A stretch of DNA of 40,770 nt from positions 1 to 40,770 of the forward strand of contig CABKMC010000001.1 of assembly GCA_902373455.1 (NCBI GenBank), in the 5' to 3' direction. The position numbers were made by a program, and so were the translations under genes. Under the pieces are notes generated by a model. It had not been told where the DNA came from. It was given only the letters and a program-made list of their open reading frames with translations, and made no database searches. Source of the DNA: an uncultured Streptococcus sp. (GTDB taxonomy: Bacteria > Bacillota > Bacilli > Lactobacillales > Streptococcaceae). Shown here in pieces: positions 1 to 7,838 of the stretch; the first letter of the stretch is position 1, and the number at the start of each line of letters is the position of its first letter.

Positions 1-194
1 CTATTTTGGAAAGTGCTATTGCAGTTTATGACGCACGACAAACAGCAGGTCTCACCCAAAGAGAGCTAGCTTCCCTATCTCATGTCCCACAGTCTACCAT
101 TGCTCGCATTGAACGTGGAAATAACACAAGCATTGAAACAATGAGCAAAATTGCACTTGCTCTGAATAAAAATCTAACTATCAACATAAGCTAA
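1..194 (+). CDS. XRE/Cro-C1 helix-turn-helix protein (HigA-like antitoxin or regulator), 5' end outside the window
   Basis: ARQTAGLTQRELA...QSTIARIERG is a typical HTH_3 motif; the frame is open to the window edge. Confidence 0.8.
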   Translation, partial: ILESAIAVYDARQTAGLTQRELASLSHVPQSTIARIERGNNTSIETMSKIALALNKNLTINIS

Positions 195-199
195 TAGTC

Positions 200-262
200 A
201 AATTAAGCTCTCAAAAAAGCTGATGAATTTATATTTCATCAGCTTTTTTGAGAGCTTAATTT
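200..262. terminator. 28-bp perfect inverted repeat, probable terminator
   Basis: aaattaagctctcaaaaaagctgatgaa (200-227) / 7-nt loop / exact reverse complement (235-262), directly after the HTH stop. Confidence 0.7.
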
Positions 263-327
263 AGCTGAATAAAACAGATAAAACCTGCCCATTGGGTGGG
301 GGGGGTGAGTAAAATGAATGAATCTAC

Positions 328-357
328 TTGACAATTAATAGTTAAGTAAGATAATAT
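328..357 (+). promoter_or_regulatory. sigma-A promoter upstream of the phosphatase gene
   Basis: TTGACA at 328-333; GATAAT or TAATAT 16-18 nt downstream. Confidence 0.55.
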
Positions 358-411
358 GAGCTTATAAAACAACTTTCCTCCTTATATGTATTTTCAGCGT
401 AATTATAATTC

Positions 412-966
412 ATGAACAATTCTTATATTTTACTTAGACATGCTCATTCGAGATTTTCGAGTGATGATTTTAATAGAACTTTATCGGAAGAAGGATTTGT
501 ATCTCTAAAGCAATTGGAGTTTTTGAATTCTTTTAATATTGATTACTATTTTTCTAGTCCTTATAAGCGAGCTTTTGAGACAGTAAATAGTTCTCCTGTA
601 CAATTTGATAAGATAGTGCTTGATGATCGTTTGCGTGAAAGAAAATTATCTTCAAGATTTATTGAAGATTCTGAGTTTGAAGAAACGATTCAATATTTAT
701 GGCAAAATCCAGATAAATCACTTATTGGAGGTGAATCTAATCAAGAAGCATTAATGAGAATCTTAGATTTATTGCAGGATTTAGAAGAAAGGTATTCAGA
801 TAAAACCATTTTACTGAGTTCTCATGGAAATTTGCTAGGAATCTTAATCAATCATTTTGATCCAAATTTTGATTATAAAAAATGGAAGCAGATGACTTTT
901 CCAGATTGCCTTCTAGTTGACAAAGATGATAGTGTGAAAAGAATTATGAAAGTTACTTCTGGGTAA
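412..966 (+). CDS. Histidine phosphatase (phosphoglycerate mutase-like) family protein
   Basis: LLRHA, SSPYKRAFET, LRER and SHG motifs; visibly AT-rich gene. Confidence 0.85.
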   Translation: MNNSYILLRHAHSRFSSDDFNRTLSEEGFVSLKQLEFLNSFNIDYYFSSPYKRAFETVNSSPVQFDKIVLDDRLRERKLSSRFIEDSEFEETIQYLWQNPDKSLIGGESNQEALMRILDLLQDLEERYSDKTILLSSHGNLLGILINHFDPNFDYKKWKQMTFPDCLLVDKDDSVKRIMKVTSG

Positions 967-996
967 TCATTTAGTTCAATCTATCTGATTTTATTT

Positions 997-1023
997 GATA
1001 CTGTCAATAATTTTGTGTAAACA
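997..1023 (+). mobile_element. Solo IS256-family-like terminal inverted repeat
   Basis: GATACTGTCAATAATTTTGTGTAAACA resembles IS256-family ends as I recall them (G-N4-TGT-N-AA...TTGTGTAAA); no transposase or partner end in the window. Confidence 0.45.
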
Positions 1024-1294
1024 CCCTAGTAGAGTTATGGAGTTTTAATCAAATAAGCTTTCAAGTTTGTCAGAACAATTCAAGTAGGTTTATTTTTTAT
1101 TAAAATTTTGATCTTAACAAAATAAAACTTTAATATAGCTAAAATATAATGTATGAACTATATTTTAAAGAATATCACATCTTTTATTTCCTTGATAAAT
1201 TGCGTATTTAATATAACCATAAATTCTATACAAGCACAAAAACAACCGGAAAAGAAACCGTTCACGACTGCTTCTTCTCTGGTTGTTTTTTATA

Positions 1295-1930
1295 CTAACG
1301 ATTTTTCCGACTTAACTGATAAGAGTACATCACAGGGATAAGGACAATGGTGAGGATGACCAGCACCAGTACATAAGACAGCGCGAATTGAATACCTGCT
1401 TCAAGTAGGAGGATCAAACCTCCGAGGACCCACAATTTCCCTGCCAAGCGATGGGTTTTGTGCCAGTTATCTTCACTCTGCAAGGTCCAAGGCAGACGGA
1501 TTCCAACCGTGTGATTCACTTTTAGCTTAGGCATGTAGTTGCCCATGATCACAAAGATGAGCCCTAGCAAAGCCGAAACAAAAACAGATGGATTGGTAGT
1601 AGATCCTAGCGCCTTGCTATAGATGAGATAGGAGATACTTAAGGAAACGATTGGAGTCAACCAGTGGTTTACTTTGACCATTTTTTCATTCATCGTGCGA
1701 TTCTTAGGATCACGTCTGATCATAAAGATCACAAACAGATGCACCAAGAGAAGGAGGATAGGAAGGCCAAACACAACCAGGGGTTTTGATTGGAAGTTAT
1801 CAGCCTGATCAGCAACATTAAAGTGAATTGGGATTTGGTTAGGTAATTGCGACCAAATCATCAGCCCCCAAAGCATGGGGAAAAGGATCACCATAGAAGT
1901 TAATAGCAATAGTTTTTTATTCGTTTTCAT
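1295..1930 (-). CDS. sdpI: SdpI-family immunity membrane protein (DUF1648 + SdpI)
   Basis: LPNQIPIHFN N-terminal motif; GNYMPKLKVNHTVGIRLPWTL...NWHKTHRLAGKLW; about six TM segments. Confidence 0.88.
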   Translation of the reverse strand: MKTNKKLLLLTSMVILFPMLWGLMIWSQLPNQIPIHFNVADQADNFQSKPLVVFGLPILLLLVHLFVIFMIRRDPKNRTMNEKMVKVNHWLTPIVSLSISYLIYSKALGSTTNPSVFVSALLGLIFVIMGNYMPKLKVNHTVGIRLPWTLQSEDNWHKTHRLAGKLWVLGGLILLLEAGIQFALSYVLVLVILTIVLIPVMYSYQLSRKNR

Positions 1931-2198
1931 CAGTAGAGTCTCCTTTCAAATCAACGAGCCAGACCATTAAATCCTCCAAGACTGAAGTATTGAGTTCATA
2001 GTAGATAAAATTCTTCTCTTTTTCCTCTCGAATTAAATCTGCCTGCTTGAGGAGGCTTAAATGATGGGAAATGGTCGCCCCTGCCACATCAAAGTGACCA
2101 GCGATATCGCCAGCAGATAATTTTCCCGCCTTTAGCAATTCTAAGATACTTCTTCTTATCGGATTGGATAAAGCTTTAAATGTTTGCGCAAAGTTCAT
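1917..2198 (-). CDS. sdpR: SdpR-like ArsR-family autorepressor
   Basis: FKALSNPIRRSILELLK...TISHHLSLLKQADLI...YYELNTSVLED; overlaps the sdpI start. Confidence 0.88.
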   Translation of the reverse strand: MNFAQTFKALSNPIRRSILELLKAGKLSAGDIAGHFDVAGATISHHLSLLKQADLIREEKEKNFIYYELNTSVLEDLMVWLVDLKGDSTDENE

Positions 2199-2214
2199 TC
2201 TCTATCTCCTCTAG

Positions 2215-2294
2215 TCTATTTAGATATCTTTCTAAATAGATTGTAAACCTTTCATATGATTTTGTCAACTCTATTTAGAAAAAAATCTAAATAG
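2215..2294 (-). promoter_or_regulatory. sdpRI promoter flanked by two palindromic operators
   Basis: Minus strand TTGACA (2268-2263)-17 nt-TACAAT (2245-2240); CTATTTAGA-N6-TCTAAATAG at 2216-2239 and 2271-2294. Confidence 0.8.
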
Positions 2295-2349
2295 CTTCTG
2301 TTGTGAAATTTATCAGACCTAAGACCGATTCTTATAAACAGCGTCTTTT

Positions 2350-2382
2350 CTTAAGTTTTCTTTAAGAAATCAGCCTTATAAT
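2350..2382 (+). promoter_or_regulatory. CiaR-dependent promoter
   Basis: CTTAAG-N5-TTTAAG (2350-2366), 10 nt, TATAAT (2377-2382). Confidence 0.9.
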
Positions 2383-2388
2383 AAAACC

Positions 2389-2484
2389 ATCAAATGAAGA
2401 CCTCCTAACTTTGTTTGATAGAAAATCCTAAACTTTTTCATAATAATCTCCCTATAAGGGCCACCAAAACCGGTGGCCTTTTCT
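2389..2484 (+). ncRNA. cia-dependent small RNA (csRNA), copy 1
   Basis: CiaR promoter; 5' stem with CCTCCT anti-SD in the loop; TTTTTCAT anti-start tract; GGCCACC/GGTGGCC terminator + T run. Confidence 0.9.
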
Positions 2485-2498
2485 CTATGTACCTTAGT

Positions 2499-2633
2499 GA
2501 ACGTTAGTGAGCTTAGGTACGTTGACGCAGTTTGAGCGAAGCGAAAACTACGATCCTTATTCTCTTTTCGAACGTTTATGAGTTTAGGTACGTTGATGTA
2601 GTTCGAACGCTAGTAAGAACTACGATCTTTATT
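2499..2633 (+). repeat. Two tandem ~70-bp structured repeat units
   Basis: GAACGTT..GAG.TTAGGTACGTTGA.G.AGTT.GA...AACTACGATC.TTATT at 2499 and 2570 (period 71). Confidence 0.85.
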
Positions 2634-2720
2634 ATTTTAAATAAAAAACGCATCCTGTTTTGGATGCTGGCTAATGTATTTTCTCAGACTTCAGACCGAT
2701 TCTTTCGATCAGCGCCTTTT

Positions 2721-2753
2721 CTTAAGTTTTCTTTAAGCAAACCACCTTATAAT
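2721..2753 (+). promoter_or_regulatory. CiaR-dependent promoter
   Basis: CTTAAG-N5-TTTAAG (2721-2737), 10 nt, TATAAT (2748-2753). Confidence 0.9.
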
Positions 2754-2759
2754 AAAGCC

Positions 2760-2854
2760 ATCAAATGAAGACCTCCTAACTTTGTTTGATAGAAAATCCT
2801 AAAATTTTTCATAATAATCTCCCTATAAGAGCCACCAAAACCGGTGGCTTTTTC
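2760..2854 (+). ncRNA. csRNA, copy 2
   Basis: Differs from copy 1 at three positions, two of them a compensatory G-C to A-T change in the terminator stem. Confidence 0.9.
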
Positions 2855-2957
2855 TATGGAAGTGAGAACTACGATCCTTCTCCTTCATTTGTATTGTTAC
2901 TCCAATTTGTGCTCAATCTATGTTATAATGAAGAGAATTTTTGTCTGAGGAGGATTT

Positions 2958-4127
2958 ATGAAAAAAACACATTCTATGTTATTCGTCCCGGGCATCATTA
3001 TGCTTGGGATTGTTTTACGAACACCATTTACTACACTTCCGACGGTCTTGTCTGACATCGCAGCTGGTTTGGGGGTTGATGTGAGCTCTCTGGGACTATT
3101 GACTAGCTTGCCCCTTCTTACCTTTGCCATTTTCTCACCTTTTGCGATTCAGTTTGCTCAAAAATTAGGAATTGAGCGCCTCTTCTTTCTTGTCTTGATC
3201 GCAATGATGATCGGATCTGCCATTCGGATTATCAATCTTCCCTTTCTCTATCTGGGAACCATCTTAATTGGAGCAAGTATTGCCTTTCTCAATGTTCTGC
3301 TTCCAAGCTTGATTCAGGCCAATCGGCCTAAGCAACTCGGTGTGCTAACAACTCTCTACATCACCTCTATGGGGATGTCCACAGCGATCGCCTCTTCTGT
3401 AGCGGTTCCTATTACCAAAGCCACTTCTTGGCAAGGTCTAGTGACTCTTTTGACTGCCTTGTGCGCTCTTGCTTTGGTCATCTGGATTCCTAACCTTCGC
3501 TACAACCACCGGCTCAAAAAGGCTGCTACTACGGAATCTAGTAGCAAGTGGTATACTAATAAATATGTCTGGGCTATCATGATTTTTGGAGGCTTGCAGT
3601 CACTACTTTTCTACACAAGTATGACTTGGCTTCCGACCATGGCTGTTCAAGCTGGCCTTTCAAAGGTTGAATCTGGACTACTTGCCTCCGTGTTCACCTT
3701 GATCAGTCTCCCATTCTCCTTGACGATCCCAAGTTTAACTACACGGTTATCCGATCGCAATCGACGCTTGATACTTGCCATTGTTGTCGGAGCAGGAATT
3801 TTAGGGGTAGCCATGCTCTTAATCCCAACCAGCAACTTCTTCTACTGGCTCGTTATCAATGCCCTGATAGGAAGTTCCGTTAGTTCGCTCTTTCCTTACC
3901 TCATGGTCGCTTTCTCCATGAAATCCAGTACACCTGAAAAGACAGCTCAACTTTCTGGTCTTGCCCAAACAGGAGGCTACATCTTTGCTGCTTTTGGTCC
4001 CATCCTCTTCGGCTACAGCAAATCTCTCTTCCACTCTTGGACACCAGCTATCCTCATGCTACTGGTCTTAACCATTATCATGGCGATTGCCCTTTATCAG
4101 GTGGAAAAAGTCGATCATATTTTATAA
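2958..4127 (+). CDS. MFS transporter, CynX/NimT family
   Basis: LRTPFT...LGLLTSLPLL; FGGLQSLLFY...WLP; LSGLAQTGGYIFAAFGP; RBS AGGAGG; TGTTATAAT upstream. Confidence 0.88.
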   Translation: MKKTHSMLFVPGIIMLGIVLRTPFTTLPTVLSDIAAGLGVDVSSLGLLTSLPLLTFAIFSPFAIQFAQKLGIERLFFLVLIAMMIGSAIRIINLPFLYLGTILIGASIAFLNVLLPSLIQANRPKQLGVLTTLYITSMGMSTAIASSVAVPITKATSWQGLVTLLTALCALALVIWIPNLRYNHRLKKAATTESSSKWYTNKYVWAIMIFGGLQSLLFYTSMTWLPTMAVQAGLSKVESGLLASVFTLISLPFSLTIPSLTTRLSDRNRRLILAIVVGAGILGVAMLLIPTSNFFYWLVINALIGSSVSSLFPYLMVAFSMKSSTPEKTAQLSGLAQTGGYIFAAFGPILFGYSKSLFHSWTPAILMLLVLTIIMAIALYQVEKVDHIL

Positions 4128-4134
4128 GCATCGT

Positions 4135-4165
4135 CCGGCTGGAAGATTCGTCTTCCGGCTTTTTT
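4135..4165 (+). terminator. Intrinsic terminator of the MFS gene
   Basis: GCTGGAAGA-TTCG-TCTTCCGGC followed by a T run. Confidence 0.7.
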
Positions 4166-4209
4166 GTACACAAAAAAGAACTAGGAGCTAGTCCTAGTTC
4201 GAAGTTTTA

Positions 4210-5352
4210 TTATCCGTTAAATGAAATATGCACGTGATCATAGTGGTTTGCTGTATCTCCACCGCGGTCTGGCATTTGGTTCCAAGTGTTAGCTGGTCCG
4301 TAAATGTTGTCTACTGGCATGTAGAATTGTTGTTTCCAGATAACATATGAAATACCTGCACGGTCCATGTTGTCAATCGCATATTGGGCAACTTGATCCC
4401 CGAGTTGTGAACTGGTTGGGACCATTACGTCCACTGCAAGTCCTTGACCATGATCGTCTGGATCCCCTTCACGGTAACCACCAATGTTTGTGATACCGAA
4501 TTTCGCAGCGATTTCTTGACGGAAAGCTTCTGCTTGTGGTTGAAGGTTTGAATCAGTTGGAATCGTATTTCCACTTGCTGGAGTTGATGCTACTGGTTGT
4601 ACTTCAGGGGCAGCAGCAGTTTCTACTGCTGCAGTTTGTGCTGGAGCTTCCTCTGCTGGAGCTGGTGTTGTTTCAGCAGGTGCTTCTTCCGCAGCTGGTG
4701 TTTCAGCAGGTGCTGCTGGGGCTGGAGCAGATTGAGGGGAAGCTGCTGCTTCTGGGTTTTGAGTTTCAACATTAACAGCTGGAGCACCGTAGTTCGGTGT
4801 TTCTGGAACAGCAGGTTGAGCTGGTGTTTCTGCTCCTGGGACAGCAACTACTGGAGCTTCTTGAGTTTCTGCTGCTGGAGCAACTGGAACCGCTTTGTTA
4901 TCTTCGTTTACTGGTTTTGACAAGTCGTTCACAGCGACTGTTTGGTCGTCAACTGTCACTTGGTTTGTTGTCAAGTCAGCACTTGCAACGGTTGCATCTG
5001 TTGCACCTGCTTGAGGAGTTTGGATTTCAACTGAAGTTACTTCTTTTTGATCATTTACTGTTGTTTTCAAAACAGTACCTGGGTAGATCAAGTCCATGTT
5101 GCTGATGTTGTTCAAGTTTGCCAACACATGAACATCGATTCCAAGCGCTTCTGCGATCGAACTCAATGTATCACCATATTTGATGGTATACGTTTGTTGG
5201 TTGTCACCACTTTGTTGGATATCATGTTTGATTTCATCTACTGAGCGAGCTACCCAATCTTCAAGTGTTTCTGCAGTGGCTTTTGTAAATGGAATCACTG
5301 CAAGAGCTACTGTTGAAGCGATCAAGGCCTTCGTATTAACTTTTAATTTCAT
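4210..5352 (-). CDS. Secreted LysM protein, Sip (surface immunogenic protein)-like
   Basis: Signal peptide, YTIKYGDTLSSIA LysM domain, Pro/Ala/Glu linker, C-terminal DHGQGLAVD...NHYDHVHISF. Confidence 0.85.
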   Translation of the reverse strand: MKLKVNTKALIASTVALAVIPFTKATAETLEDWVARSVDEIKHDIQQSGDNQQTYTIKYGDTLSSIAEALGIDVHVLANLNNISNMDLIYPGTVLKTTVNDQKEVTSVEIQTPQAGATDATVASADLTTNQVTVDDQTVAVNDLSKPVNEDNKAVPVAPAAETQEAPVVAVPGAETPAQPAVPETPNYGAPAVNVETQNPEAAASPQSAPAPAAPAETPAAEEAPAETTPAPAEEAPAQTAAVETAAAPEVQPVASTPASGNTIPTDSNLQPQAEAFRQEIAAKFGITNIGGYREGDPDDHGQGLAVDVMVPTSSQLGDQVAQYAIDNMDRAGISYVIWKQQFYMPVDNIYGPANTWNQMPDRGGDTANHYDHVHISFNG

Positions 5353-5508
5353 CTTTTATCCTCTTTTTTCTTTGTTTTTTGCTCAAGATTTTCTTGAACA
5401 AATGAACTACTATACTATCTTATCACAATTTAAAAATAATAAAAGGCCTTTTTGGCTATTTAACAAAACTGTATTTTTCTTGTAACATTTCGTCTTTCTT
5501 GTCACATT

Positions 5509-5525
5509 GTTACAAACTAGTAACA
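5509..5525 (-). promoter_or_regulatory. WalR/VicR box
   Basis: Minus strand TGTTAC-N5-TGTAAC, matching TGTWAH-N5-TGTWAH, upstream of a cell-wall protein gene. Confidence 0.7.
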
Positions 5526-5561
5526 TAAAAATAGGGTAGTGGAAGAAGAGTGAGAGGGTGC

Positions 5562-5599
5562 AAAAAAACCTCATCTAGGAATGATTTCTTGATGAGGTT
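5562..5599 (-). terminator. Terminator of the V-ATPase operon
   Basis: Minus strand AACCTCATC...GATGAGGTT running into a T tract. Confidence 0.7.
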
Positions 5600-5675
5600 C
5601 TTGTATTTATAAAGCAATTGAACTCGACTGAAAAGCTGGGTGAAAAACGCAAACTGTAATAGTACTAACTTCAAA

Positions 5676-5792
5676 GGCACAGTAGCTGATTGGATTTTTC
5701 TCTCGCTTTAAGAGCTCGGAAAAATCCTAATCAGCCTTGTGGGGGCAGGACAACGAAGCATTCTATACAACAGTGCTTCTGTCCTACTCCCT
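5676..5792. repeat. Double-hairpin intergenic element (STAR-like/REP-like)
   Basis: Hairpin 5685-5735 and hairpin 5742-5790; minus strand GGGAGTAGGACAGAA...TTCGTTGTCCTGCCCC resembles the GGGAGTGGGACAGAA...TTCGTCGTCCCACCCC signature I recall from staphylococcal/streptococcal repeats. Confidence 0.55.
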
Positions 5793-5825
5793 ATTTTCCT
5801 TTGAGTTGCTTAACGGCTTTGTATC

Positions 5826-6449
5826 TTATTTTACCTTCATGATTCTGACGAGGTTGGCGCGTTCGGCTTCTTCGAGTTTCATTTCGATATAATAGATAGT
5901 CTCTTTGAGGTCTGGGATGGTCGCATACTCCAGTCCGTTCACTCGACGGCGGGTTTTCTCGATTTCATCTGCCATGAGTTGGCAGCTTTTTTCGATTTCC
6001 GCTAACTTGAGCAAATCTGGGAGGAGATCCCCCATTTCTTGGATGGTGCTGTCCATTTGACTGTTAGAGGCGAGATAGCTATAAACCACGTCCCCTTCAT
6101 CATCTCCGTATGGATTATCGATACGGGCATGGAGCTTGGGCACGCGCACACTCATGACATTTTCTTCCTCGATATGCAGCATCACTTCTCGCGTGGGAAC
6201 GGCGAAGATTTCTTCCACCATGAGGTCGCTCTCTAAGGACTTAGCCATCACGAAATCTTGCATATTGTCCACCAGCGCCGCCTCTACCTTTTGGCGCAGG
6301 CGATTATTCTCACGTACAGCTTCAATAAAGCGGCGCATGAGTTCATCCCGCTTGTCCTTGAGCAACTTGTGCCCCCGGGTTGCTGTCTTGAGGCGCTCTT
6401 TGAGAATATTAAGCTCCATCCGAGTTGGTTTTACATTTAATCGTGCCAT
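5826..6449 (-). CDS. ntpD: V-type ATPase subunit D
   Basis: NVKPTRMEL...[28 protein letters not shown]. Confidence 0.97.
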   Translation of the reverse strand: MARLNVKPTRMELNILKERLKTATRGHKLLKDKRDELMRRFIEAVRENNRLRQKVEAALVDNMQDFVMAKSLESDLMVEEIFAVPTREVMLHIEEENVMSVRVPKLHARIDNPYGDDEGDVVYSYLASNSQMDSTIQEMGDLLPDLLKLAEIEKSCQLMADEIEKTRRRVNGLEYATIPDLKETIYYIEMKLEEAERANLVRIMKVK

Positions 6450-6452
6450 AGG

Positions 6453-7838
6453 CTAATCCTCTTTGTTTGGCAGATACTTGTCAATCATCTCATCCTTGAT
6501 CCGTTTAAGCTCTGTTCTTGGAAGGATGGATAAGAGTTCCCAACCGAGATCCAAACTTTCCTCAATCGTCCGATTGGTGGTGAAACCTTGATTGATGTAT
6601 TCTTGCTCAAAGCGGTCCGTAAATTTAACATAGAGCTTGTCGGTATCTGACAAGGCAGACTCCCCAAGCACTACAGCCAGTTCTTTGGCTTGCTTTCCTT
6701 GTGCGTAAGCCGCAAAGAGCTGGTTCATGGTCGCCGCATGGTCTTCTCGAGTCTTGCCTTCACCAGAACCCTTGTCCTTCAAACGAGAAAGGGATGGAAG
6801 AACATTGATCGGTGGGCGGTAACCACTATTGTAGAGATCGCGGGACAGAATAATCTGTCCTTCAGTGATGTAGCCTGTCAAGTCAGGGATGGGGTGGGTG
6901 ATATCATCTTCCGGCATGGAGAGGATCGGAATTTGGGTCACAGATCCTTTCTTTCCAACCAAGCGTCCTGCACGTTCGTAGAGGGTTGAGAGGTTGGTAT
7001 AAAGGTAACCTGGATAGCCCCGACGACCTGGAACTTCCCGGCGGGCAGCAGATACTTCCCGAAGGGCTTCACAGTAGTTGGTCATATCTGTCATGATAAC
7101 CAAGACGTGCATGTCTTTTTCATAGGCCAAATATTCGGCGGCTGTCAAGGCGATCCGAGGAGTCGCAATCCGCTCAATAGCTGGGTCGTTGGCTAGGTTG
7201 ATAAAGAGGACAGAGCGGTCAATTGCACCTGTCTCCCGAAGGTCGTTCATAAAGAACTCGGCTTCTTCAAAGGTAATTCCCATAGCCGCAAAGACCACGG
7301 CGAAGTTTTCTTCAGAATTAAGAACCGTCGCTTGACGGGCGATTTGAGCCGCCAACTCCTTGTGAGGAAGACCAGAACCTGAGAATACTGGGAGTTTTTG
7401 GCCCCGAACCAAGGTATTCAAATGGTCAATGGCTGAGATCCCTGTCTGGATAAATTCATCTGGATAGTCCCGTGAAACAGGGTTGATGGCTTGTCCATCA
7501 ATGTCCAAGTATTTCTCTGGGATAATCTCTGGACCGCCATCGATGGGTTTTCCCATCCCGTTAAAGATGCGTCCGACCATGTCTTCAGACACAGGAAGTT
7601 CTAGGGGACGTCCGGTAAAGCGGACTTTGGCTTTTTCCAAGTTGATCCCGCTAGATCCTTCAAAGAGCTGGACCATGGCCTTATCTTCTTGGACTTCGAG
7701 GACTTGTCCCTGACGGGTCGTTCCATCATGAAGCTTGATCTCAACTAGTTCATTGTAGTGAACCCCTTCGACCTGATCGACAATCATCAAGGGGCCAACA
7801 ACTTCGCTGACAGTACGGTATTCTTTAATCACGCTCAT
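6453..7838 (-). CDS. ntpB: V-type ATPase subunit B
   Basis: [46 protein letters not shown]. Confidence 0.98.
   Translation of the reverse strand: MSVIKEYRTVSEVVGPLMIVDQVEGVHYNELVEIKLHDGTTRQGQVLEVQEDKAMVQLFEGSSGINLEKAKVRFTGRPLELPVSEDMVGRIFNGMGKPIDGGPEIIPEKYLDIDGQAINPVSRDYPDEFIQTGISAIDHLNTLVRGQKLPVFSGSGLPHKELAAQIARQATVLNSEENFAVVFAAMGITFEEAEFFMNDLRETGAIDRSVLFINLANDPAIERIATPRIALTAAEYLAYEKDMHVLVIMTDMTNYCEALREVSAARREVPGRRGYPGYLYTNLSTLYERAGRLVGKKGSVTQIPILSMPEDDITHPIPDLTGYITEGQIILSRDLYNSGYRPPINVLPSLSRLKDKGSGEGKTREDHAATMNQLFAAYAQGKQAKELAVVLGESALSDTDKLYVKFTDRFEQEYINQGFTTNRTIEESLDLGWELLSILPRTELKRIKDEMIDKYLPNKED

Noticed and set aside
1153..1341. 62-aa plus-strand ORF
   Set aside because: No RBS; crosses the sdpI terminator-like hairpin and 3' end
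2376..2455. Antisense 21-aa ORF (MKKFRIFYQTKLGGLHLMVLL) with a perfect RBS opposite csRNA 1 and 2
   Set aside because: It is the mirror image of the anti-SD/anti-AUG tracts, and copy 3 has a stop at codon 5
2499..2633. CRISPR array
   Set aside because: Units are degenerate ~70-bp tandem copies without unique spacers; no cas genes
2532..3055. ORFs 2532-2768 and 2786-3055 (also 33501-33752)
   Set aside because: They run through csRNA and repeat DNA, lack an RBS and show no recognisable protein features
4536..5105. Cys-rich and Leu/Gln-rich ORFs that look like peptide precursors
   Set aside because: Antisense shadows of the repetitive Pro/Ala/Glu linker of the LysM gene
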